From assembly GCF_006345805.1 (NCBI RefSeq), contig NC_043017.1, positions 8,618,001 to 8,682,000 of the forward strand: a stretch of 64,000 bases of DNA. Reading direction: 5' to 3'. Below are positions 11,031-24,289 of the stretch, in pieces. The DNA comes from Octopus sinensis. Taxonomy: Eukaryota. Position 1 is the first letter of the stretch. Every line of letters begins with the position of its first letter. Made by a program: the position numbers and the translations under genes. The notes below the pieces were generated by a model. The model made no database searches. It saw only the letters and a program-made list of their open reading frames with translations, and was not told the DNA's origin.

Positions 11031-13540
11031 TACACAGTGTATCTAGGATTACGTTATCCCAATGTCTTTTTTTTTTGGTGGGGGAGGGGGGGTAAAAAAG
11101 AATATGATTTGAGAGTAATTTGGCTGCTATTTCTAGCAGGACGTACAACCACGTTGAGTTTTACTCGTTGATTCGTTATTATCGCTATTGCTTGCCCCAG
11201 GTCAGTGTATACACACACACACACATATGGTGGGGTACTGAAACGGGAACCTTATGGCTGAGAAGCAAACTTCTAACCCCACGGTCACACCTGCACCTTT
11301 GCTACCTTACAAATAATAATAATAACAGTTTTAAGTTTTGCCACGGGGGTAAGCAACTTTGAGGGGAGGGTGCCAATCTGTTATATTAACCTCCAATACT
11401 TGACTGGAACATATCTTAAGGAGGAAAGACAGAGTCGACCGCGACTGGATTTGAACTCAGGGCATAAAATGTTGGAAGACATGCCGTAACGTACCGTTTT
11501 TTCCCCCCTTCACTTCTCAAATAAATATATTTATGTAGTAGGAAAATGCAATGTAAGGGAGATAATTATGATCATCTTTAGTTTTAACCGTTTAAGAGTT
11601 ACTTCCCTTGTCACATTTTGAATTTCCACTAGGTCCACATTTTTTAATTTCGTTTGTTGGTTTTTATTTTTATTACATGAGAAAATGCGAGCATGAAATG
11701 TCATATTCTTAAGATTATATACCTGGAAAGGTACAGGACAAGTTATTACACCTGTAAAAGCATAGGACAAGCTATTACTTCTAGTAAAGTAAAGAATAAG
11801 AAACTTTTTACTTAAAATATTGCAGCAAAGAATGCCAGTTCTAATTTATCAATCTTTACAGTTCTCGTCTTTTAAATTTATTGTACAAAACTGTTCAGCT
11901 AATTTGTAAGTTTGTCTAATTAGTCACTTTTTCTGTATTTAAGGTAGAAAATTAGCCAAATTCTACTTAAATAAGTATAGTGTTATTTGTAAACTATAAT
12001 AAAATAAGTTTTAATGTTCAAATTTTAATTTTAGCTGCAATATTTTAAGAGTAAACCCTGTTCTTTGTGATACATTCTATCAGTGTCGGAAGTTTTAAAG
12101 TGTTTAGTTAACGAAAAATTAATTAGATAATCTGTGCGTCTAATTGACAAGATCCGAAATAAATGAAAAGCAAAGTCGACCTCGGCGGAATTTGAACTCA
12201 GAACAGACGGAATACCGCTTCTAAAACACAAAATTTTGTCAAAAACATTAAGAGTAAACCCAGTTCTATGTGACACATTCTACCAGTATGGGAAGTTTGA
12301 AAGTGTTTAGTTAAATATAAAATTAATTAAATAATCTGTACGTCAAAGTCAACCTCGCGAAATTTGAACTCAAAACATAGAGATAGACGAAATACCTATT
12401 TCTTTACTACCCACAAGGGGCTAAACAAGGACAGACAAACAGATTAAGTCGATTGTATCGACCCCAGTGTGTAACTGGTACTTATTTAATTCGACCTCGA
12501 CAGAATTTGAACTCAGAACGTACGGCTACACATTTCACCCGGCGTGCTAACGCTTCTGCCAGCTCGCCGCCTTAGGATGAAAACATTCATTTTAGAAATA
12601 TATTCTTTATTCTGATTGCTTGCGCGTTACTTCTTACTTCCTTATTTACTGACATTAAATTTCGTATCATTTTACCTCATAACTGTTTTTCTACTAATTT
12701 TTGTTCAATGTGACTCGCGGTTCTGAATTCCTCAGGCATTTTTCTATAATGTAAGACTAAGAAAAGTATACTTTTAATTTAGAATTTTTTAATTTATGTT
12801 AATTGAAGATGAATATCTTCCTTACTGCTCCCCCTCCACTTGAGGATGCAGATATTTTGATGTAACTTTTTTCTACTGAACCAAATTTCAAACTATTTAT
12901 GGCAATGTGTAGCTGAGGAGGTGTCTTCTTTAAAGCTATTAACAGTTTACAATTTAGTTGAGAACTGAATTAGTGGTGAAGCTTGGAAGCTGCTGCGATT
13001 GACGAAATGGTGGACTTAAGAATATATTCAACCTTTACCGTGATTGAATGACATTTATCAACAAAATACATTTTAATCTTAACTCAGATACATAAAACGT
13101 TCTCGTGTTTAAATGGTGTTTTGTGAACAAAAATGACTCTTGCAGAATATCTGAGCAAAATAATTCTCTATAATATAGGCACAGGGCCTGAAACTTCGAG
13201 TGTGGTGGGGTGAATAATCCAATTATAGCGATCGCAGCATTAACAAGGCTGGCTTGGCAGCTTTTCCTGGTCTGGTGGGGCAATGGCAAAAAGGACTTTA
13301 TGGCAAACGGGGCTGACAGTAATGAGGTAAGACTCCGCCTTCGGTCAAGCCTTCATCGACTTCTTTTAACCTTTTGTCTGTCCAAAGCATTTTTCATAAG
13401 TTTGTCATAAATGTCCATGCTAATTTTCAGTCGTTTAGATCGCCATTGTTTCATACGTTCTGAGTACTCAAAAGATTTGCTTTCATAAGTCCCAAGTTAT
13501 GGGACCACTCTGATGGCTGAAAAAAATTGGGAATATGTAT

Positions 13541-13769
13541 CTATTTCTTTACTACCCACAAGGGACTAAACACAGAGGAGACAAACAAGGACAGACAAAC
13601 GGATTAAGTCGATTACATCGACCCCAGTGCGTAACAGGTAATTAATTTATCGACCCCGAAAGGATGAAAGTCAAAGTCGACCTCGGCGGAATTTGAACTT
13701 AGAATGTAAAGACCGACGAAATACGGCTACGCATTTCGCCCGGCATGCTAACGTTTCTGCCAGCTCGCC
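13541..13769 (-). mobile_element. tRNA-derived SINE, family B (subfamily B2)
   Basis: Reverse complement of head ggcgagctggcagaaacgttagca...gagttcaaattcc and tail ...ttgtgggtagtaaagaaatag. Confidence 0.9.
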
Positions 13770-13835
13770 GATCGTATGTGATGTACGGACACCAGGGAAA
13801 TACTTCCTGGGTGTCAGATATGGTACACATATTGA

Positions 13836-14065
13836 AGGTGGCGAGCTGGCAGAACCGTTAGCACGCCGGGCGAAATGCGTCGCTGTATTTCGTCTGCCGT
13901 TACGTTCTGAGTTCAAATTCCGCCGAGGTCGACTTTGCCTTTCATCCTTTCGTGGTCGATAAATTAAGTACCAGTTACGCACTGGGGTCGATGTAATCGA
14001 CTTAATCCGTTTATCTGTCCTTGTTTGTCCCCTCTGTGTTTAGCCCCTTGTGGGTAGTAAAGAAA
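13836..14065 (+). mobile_element. tRNA-derived SINE B2 with 16-bp TSD
   Basis: Full-length copy; cagatatggtacacat at 13815-13830 and 14066-14081. Confidence 0.92.
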
Positions 14066-14549
14066 CAGATATGGTACACATGACAGGCAAAGGCATGACG
14101 AGTCTATGTAGGTGCGTTCCTATGTCTGGTGGTGATGACAAAAGAGGCTTTATGACGGACGAGACTGAAGGTAATGAGGTAAGATTTTGTTTTCAGGCAA
14201 ACTCACATCGACCTTTTTTTACAGTTCTACTGGAAGCGAAAGTAAAGAAGGAGGAGGAAGTGTTCTCTTTCAGCGGATTTGTTAAAAAGGGGCGAAACTG
14301 GTTTGCATGAATCGATCTGTTCTAAACCTACTCCTATAGACTGGAGAATAACAGTTGGGCGAGGGTTCGTGCCTTTTGTAGTCAGCGTGGTCTTGGCTTT
14401 TTAGGGTTTCTTGAATTGCCCTAATTAGAATATTCTTCTCTCCTAGGACATGCAACCTCTATTTATTCACATATTTTGCATGCTATATCTACTTCTTTTC
14501 ATCCATCATTATTTTCCTTCATAAGGGCAGCAAGTTGACAGAATTGTAA

Positions 14550-14780
14550 GGCGGCGAGCTGGCAGAAACGTTAGCACGCCGGGCGCAATGCGTAGCCGTA
14601 TTTCATCTGCCGTTACGTTCTGAGTTCAAATTCCGCCCAGGTCGACTTTGCCTTTCACATTTTCGGGGTCGATAAATTAAGTACCAGTTACGCACTTTGG
14701 TCGATATAATCGACTTAATCCGTTTGTCTGTCCTTGTTTGTCCCCTCTGTGTTTAGCCCCTTGTGGGTAGTAAAGAAATA
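14550..14780 (+). mobile_element. tRNA-derived SINE B2 with 11-bp TSD, inserted in an older B-family head
   Basis: agaattgtaag at 14540-14550 and 14780-14790; flanks read as a degenerate gcaagttgacagaattgtaag|cgcgtcgaacaaaatgc head. Confidence 0.9.
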
Positions 14781-15577
14781 GAATTGTAAGCGCGTCGAAC
14801 AAAATGCCTAACAATATTGTTCCAGAGCATCAACCTCGCCATCATCTGCGGCAGCGCTGCACACGTGCCGGCGAGCCTCAAAAGTTATCAGAGAGGTTTC
14901 CCAGCGCCCCAAAACTTTCTACTTCTTCGAGTAATATGATACTATGACAATTTATTATGGAGTTTCTGCTGATTAAATAAAATACTTCCTGATATTTCCG
15001 CCAATTTAATAATTTCCGAATTCAAATCTTGCTAAGATCAACTTTGCTTTTCACCCTTTTGGGGGTCGATAGAATAAGTACCAGCTGAGCACTGGACTCA
15101 TTATAACCGACTTCGCCCTCTCCCAGAATCGCTGGCTTTGTTCCAACATTTGAAACCATAAAGCAGCGTCCCGGCAGAATCGTTTGCAGGCCGGACAAAT
15201 TGTTTGTGACATTTCTTTCGGACATTACGTTCCAAGTTCAAATTCTGTTGAGGTCAATTTTATCTTTCATCCTCTCAGGATCGATAAAATATAAAAAAAG
15301 TTAAACCCTAGGGGCGATGTAGACTAACCCCCACCTCCTGAAATTGCTGGTCTAGCATCAAAAATTTGAAACCATTATTTGAAACCCTCGCTCGATTCCA
15401 TGTAAACCCCAACACAAATTGAGACTTGTCTTTAAAATGAATCGTTAGCTCGCCGGACAAAATGCTTAGCGGCATTATTTCCGGCTCTTTACATTCTGGC
15501 TTCAAATTCCACAGAGGTTGGTTTTGCCTTTCAACTTTTCGGGGTTCATAAAATAGGAAACGGTTGAGCACTGGAGT

Positions 15578-15905
15578 TGAGGGTTCAGTCCCACTACGTA
15601 GTACCTTGGGTAAGTGTCTTCTACTATAGACTTGGGTCGACCAAAAGCCTTGTGAGTGGATTTGGTAGATGGAAACTGAAAGAATTCCGTTGTGTGTATA
15701 TATATATATATATATATATACATATGTGTGTGTGTGTATGTATGCATGTGATGGTCTGTTTACGTCCCCGCAACTTAGCAGTTCGGCAAAAGAGACCGAT
15801 AGAATAAGTACTAGGCTTGCAAATAATTAGTCCTGGGGTCGATTTGCTCGACTAAATGCGGTGCTCCATCATGGCCGCGGTCAAATGACTGAAACAAGTA
15901 AAAGA
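15578..15905 (+). mobile_element. tRNA-derived SINE, family A (5'-truncated)
   Basis: gggttcagtcccactacgtagtacc...gactgaaacaagtaaaaga. Confidence 0.85.
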
Positions 15906-16613
15906 ATTACTATTATTCATGAAGGCGGTGAGCATTCCGAACGAAATGTACGGCGGTATTTCGTCCGTCTTGACATTCTGGGCTCGAATTCCGCTTTGCC
16001 TTGTATTGTTTCGGCGTTGATGAAACAAGAAGTCCAAGCTGAGGGTTGGGATCGAACTCATCGACCACTGCCCCTCCCCTCAACGTTTCAGGCCTTGTGT
16101 CCATCTGAAAAGGGGATTATTTTACGAAATTAAACAAGTTGGGTATCAAGGGAGAAATCAGACAGGGAGCAGAGGAGAAAAGGTGAGGGTGGAGCAGGGG
16201 GGCGAAGCTAAGAGAAGATGCGGCGTGGGGTGGGGATAGGGAAGATGAGCCATTGCTGTGGTTATGGTGGTGGTGGTTGTAGTATTTTGGGGACAGTAGG
16301 GACACACACGGAGCCATGTTGAAGGCCGTGAAACAAGGTTATCGTCGCTTTCATCACTGTACGATTTAGTTTTATGGTAGTGAAAAGGGGTGGCGGGGAG
16401 AGGAGAGGAGAGGAAAGGAGATGAAGGCTGGGGGGAGGGGTAAGAGGATAGGGAATTTATTGTTTTAGTTTATAACTTTTAAACATCGAAGGTGGTTTAG
16501 CGTATGTTTAGGTGTGTGTGTGTGTGTGTGTGTGAATGTATCTAAGTCTGTGTGTGAATGTGTGCGCCTGGAAGAATGTGTATGTATGTAAGTCATACAT
16601 GTATGTATTTATG

Positions 16614-16670
<57 letters not shown>

Positions 16671-17171
16671 GCACAAGCAAGCGTGTGCGAAGAGGAAGAG
16701 AAAGTGGAAAGATACGTACATTCACACACACATACGCACACACGCACACACACACATACGCACTCATACACACACACACAATATACATACATGCATGTAT
16801 GCAAGATTCCAATAAAATCTCCACAACCATCTTCAACCAGCATCTTTGGTAGTCTTCTAGGAACACGACATTTCACTCGTGTTTCCAAAGACCAGGATCT
16901 GACCCAGGTTTAAACGATAACAACAACAACAACAACAACGACAAGGTATTTCAAAAATTTGATGCCAGACTTTTTGTAACAACTTGCTTGGGCAAGTGCC
17001 ACCAATCGAAAGCTCCACATACCGAACACCCGTTGGTTTTTGGTGTCATTTGGAGAGAATGCGCAACATTTTGTGGCCTTCCTCTCGACCGGCTTTACAG
17101 CTCACCTCTACACCTGACTTCTTTCTACCGGAAAGCGTACTATCCTCTAACCAGAATCTTTACAGTCTTCT

Positions 17172-17603
17172 TTTCTGCTCTAGGCACAAGGCCCGAAATT
17201 TTTGAGGGAGGGAGCCAGTCGATTAGATTGAACCCTCCTACGCAACTGGTACTTAATTTATCGACCCCGGAAGAATGAAAGGCAAAGTCGACCTCGGCGG
17301 AATTTGAACTCAGAACGTAAAGATAGACGAAATACCGTTAAGCATTTCACCCGGCGTACTAACGTTTCTTATTTCTTTATTGCCCACAAGGGGCTAAACA
17401 TAGAGGGGACAAACAAGGACAGACAAACGGATTAAGTCGATTATATCGACCCCAGTGCGTAGCTGGTACTTATTTAATCGACCCCCGAAAAGATGAAAGG
17501 CAAAGTCGACCTCGGCGGAATTTGAACTCAGAACATAGCGGCAGACGAAATACCGCTGAGCATTTCGCCCGGCGTGCTAACGTTTCTGGCAGCTCGCCGC
17601 CTT
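17172..17603 (-). mobile_element. Nested pair of B-family SINEs (B2 inside B1) bounded by a 13-bp TSD
   Basis: tttacagtcttct at 17159-17171 and 17608-17620; inner junction duplicates ctaacgtttct. Confidence 0.8.
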
Positions 17604-18244
17604 AATATTTACAGTCTTCTAGTAAATCTGTGAGTGACTTTATGCTAATCAAGTCTTTGATCTGAAAGCCTTCTGGTGGCCTTTTCCAGCATGGCCGCAG
17701 TCCAATGACTGAAACAAGTACAAAATGAAAGAAAGTAGAGCTTTGACTAGTCCTGAATGGAAAGGTCAGTGATTTGCTTGGTTGCAGTTCAAGGACGTGG
17801 TTTCACCAAGGAGGATCTTCGGTCGTAAAGAGGACCAACATTTCCAATGATTATGAGAGCTCTTGCTGCCTGCTCCGGGCCCCCTCTTGGGGTTATACGA
17901 GAGCAATATTCTTTTCTACTCTAGGCACAAGGCCAGAAATTTTGTGGGAGGGGGCCAGTTGATTAGATCGACCCCAGTACGCAACTGGTACTTAATTTAT
18001 CGACCCCGAAAGGATGAAAAGCAAAGTCGACCTCAGCGGAATTTGAACTCAGAACGTAAAGACAGACGCAAAATCGCTAACCATTTCGCCCGGCGTGCTA
18101 ACGTTCTGCCAACTCGCCGCTTTATACAAGAACAATATTAACGACGAAATGATCAATTTAAATTTTCATGCTGGAATATTAACTAAACCATGACGAACAA
18201 ATTATAATTGAATATTAGACATTATTTGTTTAAAATACACCTAG

Positions 18245-18710
18245 TTCGACAAAGTAGGACAGAACGAAAGAATGACAGAATGAGCGAGGAAAGAACAAGG
18301 GAATGAAAGAATAATGATTGAAAAAATGACAGAATGGAAAAAATAAGAATGAAAGAAAAAAGAACAAAAGAATAGAATTAAAAAAATGAAAGAATAACGG
18401 AACGAAAGAATAAGAGAATAAAGAATAAAAGAATAAAGAATGAATGAATGACAGAATGTAAGGATAAAGAAAGTAAGAATAAAGAACTTCAGAATAAAAG
18501 AATGAAGAATGAATAACAGAAAGAAAGAATAAATGACTAAAGTCGGAACAATAAAATAATGAAAGAACGAAAGAATAACAGAATGAAAGAATAAGGGAAT
18601 AAGGAATAACAGAATAAAAGAATTAGAAATGAAAAAAATAACAAAATGAAAGCATAAAGAATGTAAGAATAAAAAAATGAGACGAAAGATTGAATGGAAC
18701 AGAAAAAACC
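18245..18710. repeat. Degenerate purine-rich satellite (gaat/gaaa/ataa units)
   Basis: Long run of variants of aagaatgaaagaataa; source of the hydrophobic antisense ORF 18241-18807. Confidence 0.75.
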
Positions 18711-19403
18711 GGGTCCCGACGAAATGTAAGGATATGTCAACAAATACAAGATAATAGAATAAATAAACACATCTGTGTCCCCCACCGTCACGTCTACAGG
18801 ACCCCATAGTCCGGGGGGAAACCCGGGTGTGGGGATGGGTAGTTGTTTAGTAAGTGGCCTGGTAAGTTGTATATATCACTTACAAATATCGCTTTGGAAT
18901 CGCTGGGTGTTTATGTGTGTGTGTGTGTTTATGTGTGTGTGCGTGAATGTGTATGTGTGTGCGTGTGTTTACATGCATACATACACACATAGATGTATAT
19001 CAAAAACATGCGTTTGTGCGTGTGTGTGTGTGTGATGCACGCACATACATGTATGTATACATTTACACACACATACACACACACACACACACACTGATAC
19101 ATGCTATACATTTACACACATACACACACTGATACATGCCATACATTTACACACACACACACACACCATACACACACTGATACATGCTATACATTTACAT
19201 GCACAGACACACATATAAATATGTGTGTATATATGTACACACATATCTATCTATGTGTATTTATTTCCACCTTGGTGGTATCTCTTAGAGACCCTAAATT
19301 ATAATTTTAAATAATTATTACCTTTGGAAGGTTTTTATTCCCATGCTGTCCACCTGATAAGATCGGTATTTTAAATATCGATCTTATCCTTATTTATATA
19401 AAT

Positions 19404-19447
<44 letters not shown>

Positions 19448-19731
19448 ATTTAGGTGTATATATGCATACATACATTCTTAGATATATGTATGTGTATATT
19501 CCACCTGCCTTCGTCTTTTGTCTATTTTCATAAAGCTTCCCGTTATATATATATATATATATATATGGTGCCCCAGCATGGCCACAGCTCAAGAGCTGAA
19601 ACTGGAAAACAAAACATAAACATAAGGAGAGAGAGGGGGAAGAGAGGTAGAGAGAGAGACTCACACACAGAGATAAATGCAGAGACACCTTAAATGAATA
19701 CACGCACACACACACAATACACATGCACACA

Positions 19732-19776
<45 letters not shown>

Positions 19777-19779
19777 ACA

Positions 19780-19822
<43 letters not shown>

Positions 19823-20214
19823 GTCCGAATCTCATCAGCCTAACAAAACACAAAATCGTTCTCACTGAGGGTATTTAACTTCAGGGTGGAGAGAGAGAGG
19901 GGGGGAGGAGAGGGAGCAGTGGGGGAGCAGTGGGAGTAGTTGAAGCGGAGAGGGTGGGTGTCCAGTGAATTTGTAGTCCAAACAGGGAGGGGAGGGTCGA
20001 AGGAGAAAATGGTAAAGAATGATTCCTCGACCTGGTTGGGGGTGTTGTTGACGGTGGTGAGGTTTACACTGTTGATGTTGTTGTTGTGGTGGTGGTGGTG
20101 ATGGTGGTGGTGGTGGTGGTGGTGGTGGTGGTGGAGTTGGAGGTGGTGGAGGTGGTGGTGGTGGTGGTGTTGAGGATGATGATGATGAGGAGGATAATGA
20201 TGATGATAGGGATG

Positions 20215-21090
20215 TTGCGAACAGCCAGCCCGCGTGGCCAAGAATCATCAAAGTAGGCCCTTAACATTATTATGGTCATATCGGGGGAGCTCCATCTTGC
20301 TTCAAATAAAATTTCCCATCTTCAAAGCCCTCTCGAATGCTCCATATGACAGATCGTCGCGGCAAATTCATATAAATTGGACCAGTCACAGTACCATCAA
20401 AACAAAAAGGTCCCATTAAATTCTTTTGATGATAAACTGCATCGTAGTGTAACCCCTTGTAAATTAACATGATGTCCCTCCGTAATATGCAAATTCTCAG
20501 ATCCCTCGTTGGTAGAATTGTGGCGGTTAATCAAGCCAGTTAATTTAAACGAGGCCTCATTAGTCCAAACAGCCTTTGTTTGTAAAGTATCCATCCTCTA
20601 CACATCTTTCCAAGTACCGTTCGCAAAGTTCCACACTTCGGTGGTCCGGATCATCTTCATTGTAAGTATGGACTATTCTTGGAATTTAACTTTTCCGATG
20701 GAATTGTTTCAAAATGCGATGAGCGCTTGATTTTCAAATTCCTTTCCTACGACTCATTTGCAGCGCAATTCTTCCTCAATTCTGGCAATCCTTTTTTTAG
20801 GACCTTTTCTTCCTTTGTGGGGCTCAGCGATGTCTGCCGTCTTCCGGAACGTTTCTTGTGAACATTCCTAACAGTTCAATCCACTTCAAACGCAACTCTA
20901 ATTTGAATGATGGCAGGTCACTCCAGTAAATCTATGTAAAATTCCTTTCATTTCTGTCTTTCCGCTTCGATCGCGTTTTCAAATTTCCAGTCGCGCCTTA
21001 AAACAAATTTCCTTTGTTCAAAGCCAGATTTAGCTTCCTCCCTAACGGGTTAAATCTAAAAATAAATGAGAAACTGAGCCATCACCCGTG
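20215..21090 (-). mobile_element. Decayed Tc1/mariner-superfamily transposon (DUF4817-type N-terminus), 3'-truncated
   Basis: Across frames: [61 protein letters not shown]; TIR-like end cacgggtgatggctcag at 21090. Confidence 0.8.
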
Positions 21091-22403
21091 AAAGTGTATC
21101 TTCCTTTTAATCCTTTCTTTTTTATACTTGTTTCAGTCATTGACTACGGCCATGCTGAGGCACCGCCTTGAATAATTTTAGTCGAATAAATCGACTTCAG
21201 AACTTACTTTTTAAGCACAGTATTTATTCTATCGCTCGCTTTTGCTGAAGGGCGCAGGTTGTCAAGCGATGGTGGGAGTCAAACACAGACATAGATATAT
21301 ACGTTCATACATTCATACATGTATACATATATATATATAGAGAGAGAGAGGGGGGGATTGATAAAAATGGTAAGACAACAAAAGAAAGAAAGAAACCTCG
21401 ATATTATGTAAATAATTACATTTACAGATATATATATATATATATATATATATAATAATATATATATATGTCAAAAGGATGTGTTATAACACTATTCAAC
21501 ACATACAAAAAGAGCCATGCCAACAATCCAGCATACCTCTATCATCAGCTGCCCCACGAATATCATTATGGTTTCGACACCTGGGCAGTAGCATTCGATC
21601 CGGAGGCGTCAACAATACTAAAAGAAGTGTTGTTTGGGAATATACCAAAAAAAAAAAGCAAAACAAATTACACAACTTTCAAGTACATTTACCTTATGTA
21701 CAACAGTATTCAATCTGTATATATATATACTGGGATCTTTTCTATTTTGAGGCCAGTTTTTTCAAATTTTTCCTACTGAACCAAACAATTTGAAACTTCG
21801 TATACTGGTAGAATGTGTCAAAAGTAAACTTAATTGTAAACCAGAATGAAAACGGAATTGTAACTTCTAAGTTTAACGTTGTTTAATAATTAGAATTTTA
21901 ACCAATGATATTCCGTCATTCGGCTTTATTTTATTTACTCCGTCTCGACCACCAATTTCGTGACGTATTTAACATCTTAAATGTAAACAAGTCAGCCACC
22001 TTCTAATAACAATATTTAAAACTAGTTAATAAGCCACATGTATTAAATTGAAAATGTTTCCATTCTGTATGTCTGCATGTATGTGTGTGTGTATGTATGT
22101 GTAAGTATGTGTGTGTGTGTATGTATGTGTGTGTGTGTATGTATGTATAGCCGATTCATCGTAATCGTAATTACGATGAATTGGCCATACATACATAGAT
22201 ACATACACACACACACATACATGCAGACATACATATACACATACACCGAATAAAAAATTTCAGTTATCTCTCTCTTTCACACATTACTCTCTCTATCTCT
22301 TCACACACACTAACAGAAGCACTTCACTTACACAACATACTGTCTCCCACACCCCATCAAACACACACACACACACACATGTACATCAATGCTTCCCCTA
22401 GAC

Positions 22404-22592
22404 CAGGGGTGGGCAAACTACGGCCCGCGGGCCGCATGCGGCCCGCCATAGGTTTTCATGCGGCCCGCCGAGAGCTTTTATGAATCCCAACTTCTATGCA
22501 GATACTTCGTAACTGTACGGTAATTCACAATATTTTCACTTGATTTTTATAAATGAGGCCCGCCAAGGTTCAAAAATGTTTGCCCACCCCTG
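22404..22592. mobile_element. hAT (Charlie/Buster-type) MITE
   Basis: 15-bp TIRs caggggtgggcaaac / gtttgcccacccctg; perfect 8-bp TSD ccctagac (22396-22403 and 22593-22600) with central TA; internal gcggcccgc repeats. Confidence 0.93.
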
Positions 22593-23101
22593 CCCTAGAC
22601 GGTAACTTCAAAGACAAACTTCCCTCGTCATAAAATCGCTTCCTCTTAGTCTCTTTCGCTCTCATTTATGTAAAAAAATAAAAGTTTTTTACGGAAATCG
22701 ACGGAAAACTTGTGCTACGACAAGCGAAACTTCGCCGAAATTTAATATTAAAAAAGCAAAGAGCTGGCAGAAACGTTAGCACGCCGGGCGAAATGCGTAG
22801 CCGTATTTCGTCTGCCGTGTTTGTTTACAGTTTTCCGAACGTTAGTACGTCACAAAAGCGCTTTCTACGTCACACTAATAGAATGCAGTCAAGTTTTACA
22901 CATGAAAACAAACAATCTGATTGGTTAAAATTCGCAGTTTTAATCTACGATTAAAGTCATAAAATAGATTTTTCTCAAATAAACTAGTTCCAACCTGTGT
23001 CTTGTTTTGCTAGACTCTATCAGCATACGAAGTTTCAGATTATTTAGTTAAGTAGAAAGATCCGTGGTCCTGGCTTCAGAATAGAAAAGATCCATATACT
23101 G

Positions 23102-23162
<61 letters not shown>

Positions 23163-24289
23163 TTATTAAGAACAATCTTACTTAGAAATGGATGCGTGCG
23201 TTCCGTCATATAATAAATTAATAGGGCTTCTTTCAGTTCCCGTCTACCAAATCCACTCACAGGGCTTTGGTCGGACTGGGGCTATACTAGAAGACACTTG
23301 TCCAAAGTTGTCACACAGTGGGACTGAACCTGGAACCGTGTGCTTACGAAGCAATCTTCTTACAACACTGCCACGCCTATATAATTTCGAGACATTTTGT
23401 ATAAGTTTCAATACACAGGTTTAAGTCTTGATTGGTTACTCACTTAAAAGCGTCGCTTGCTTTTCTCCGCCTTTGGTCCAGGGTTCTGGTTGGCTGACTG
23501 CCGGAGTACATCATTTGTTTATCAATGTTTTGGTCACTTATTTTTGCTCGACAGCAGCCCTGTGCTCTGGCCAGTTGTCTATCTGGGGGCCATCATTTGT
23601 TTATCAGTTTTCTGGTCACTTAGCTTTAGTACTTCAATGTTCCGCATGGTTGATTTGCTGCGGAAGTCATTTGTTTATCAAATATCTTGGTCGTTTGTTT
23701 TTGTCTCAAAATCATCCGGCGTTCCGCTTGGCCGACCTTCTTCTGACGTCACTCGTTTTTCTGATGTCATGGTCGGCTGAATGTTCAGCAGTGTCATTGG
23801 TTGTTTGCTTATATTCCGAAAGCAAAATTCGATTGGTCAATCCAAGGGGGACGTCAGCAAAAACCGTAATGTGTAATTACACAGTTGTTTGAATTTAGGG
23901 TTTCGAATCCCAGAGGAATCCCTTTTACGCAAGCTTTTGTTTCACCTTTGCTATTTTTGTTGCTTGTTATTGTTTTTAGTAGAGTCGAATCGAATGTTTT
24001 CTTATGCTATTGCGTTGTTTCACACACACACACACAAACAAACACACATACATACATATATAGGTACACACATACACACACACATACATATACAGAGATG
24101 GCCAGATGTCACCCGATAGTATTTATGGAATTTTGATTTACTATCTGTTGTGTTTGGGGAGAGTCATTTTCCTTTTTGTGCCTTATAATTTAACACACTC
24201 ACCGGTAAAACTTCCACTTATTTCTTATTTTTATTTTCCTAAAATTTTCGTTGCGTCTTACAACCTTTTCAATAGTCTTGACTATTGAA

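Noticed and set aside
21468-21793. Two overlapping ~104-aa ORFs
   Set aside because: No recognisable family; FRHLGSSI only weakly recalls an RT motif.
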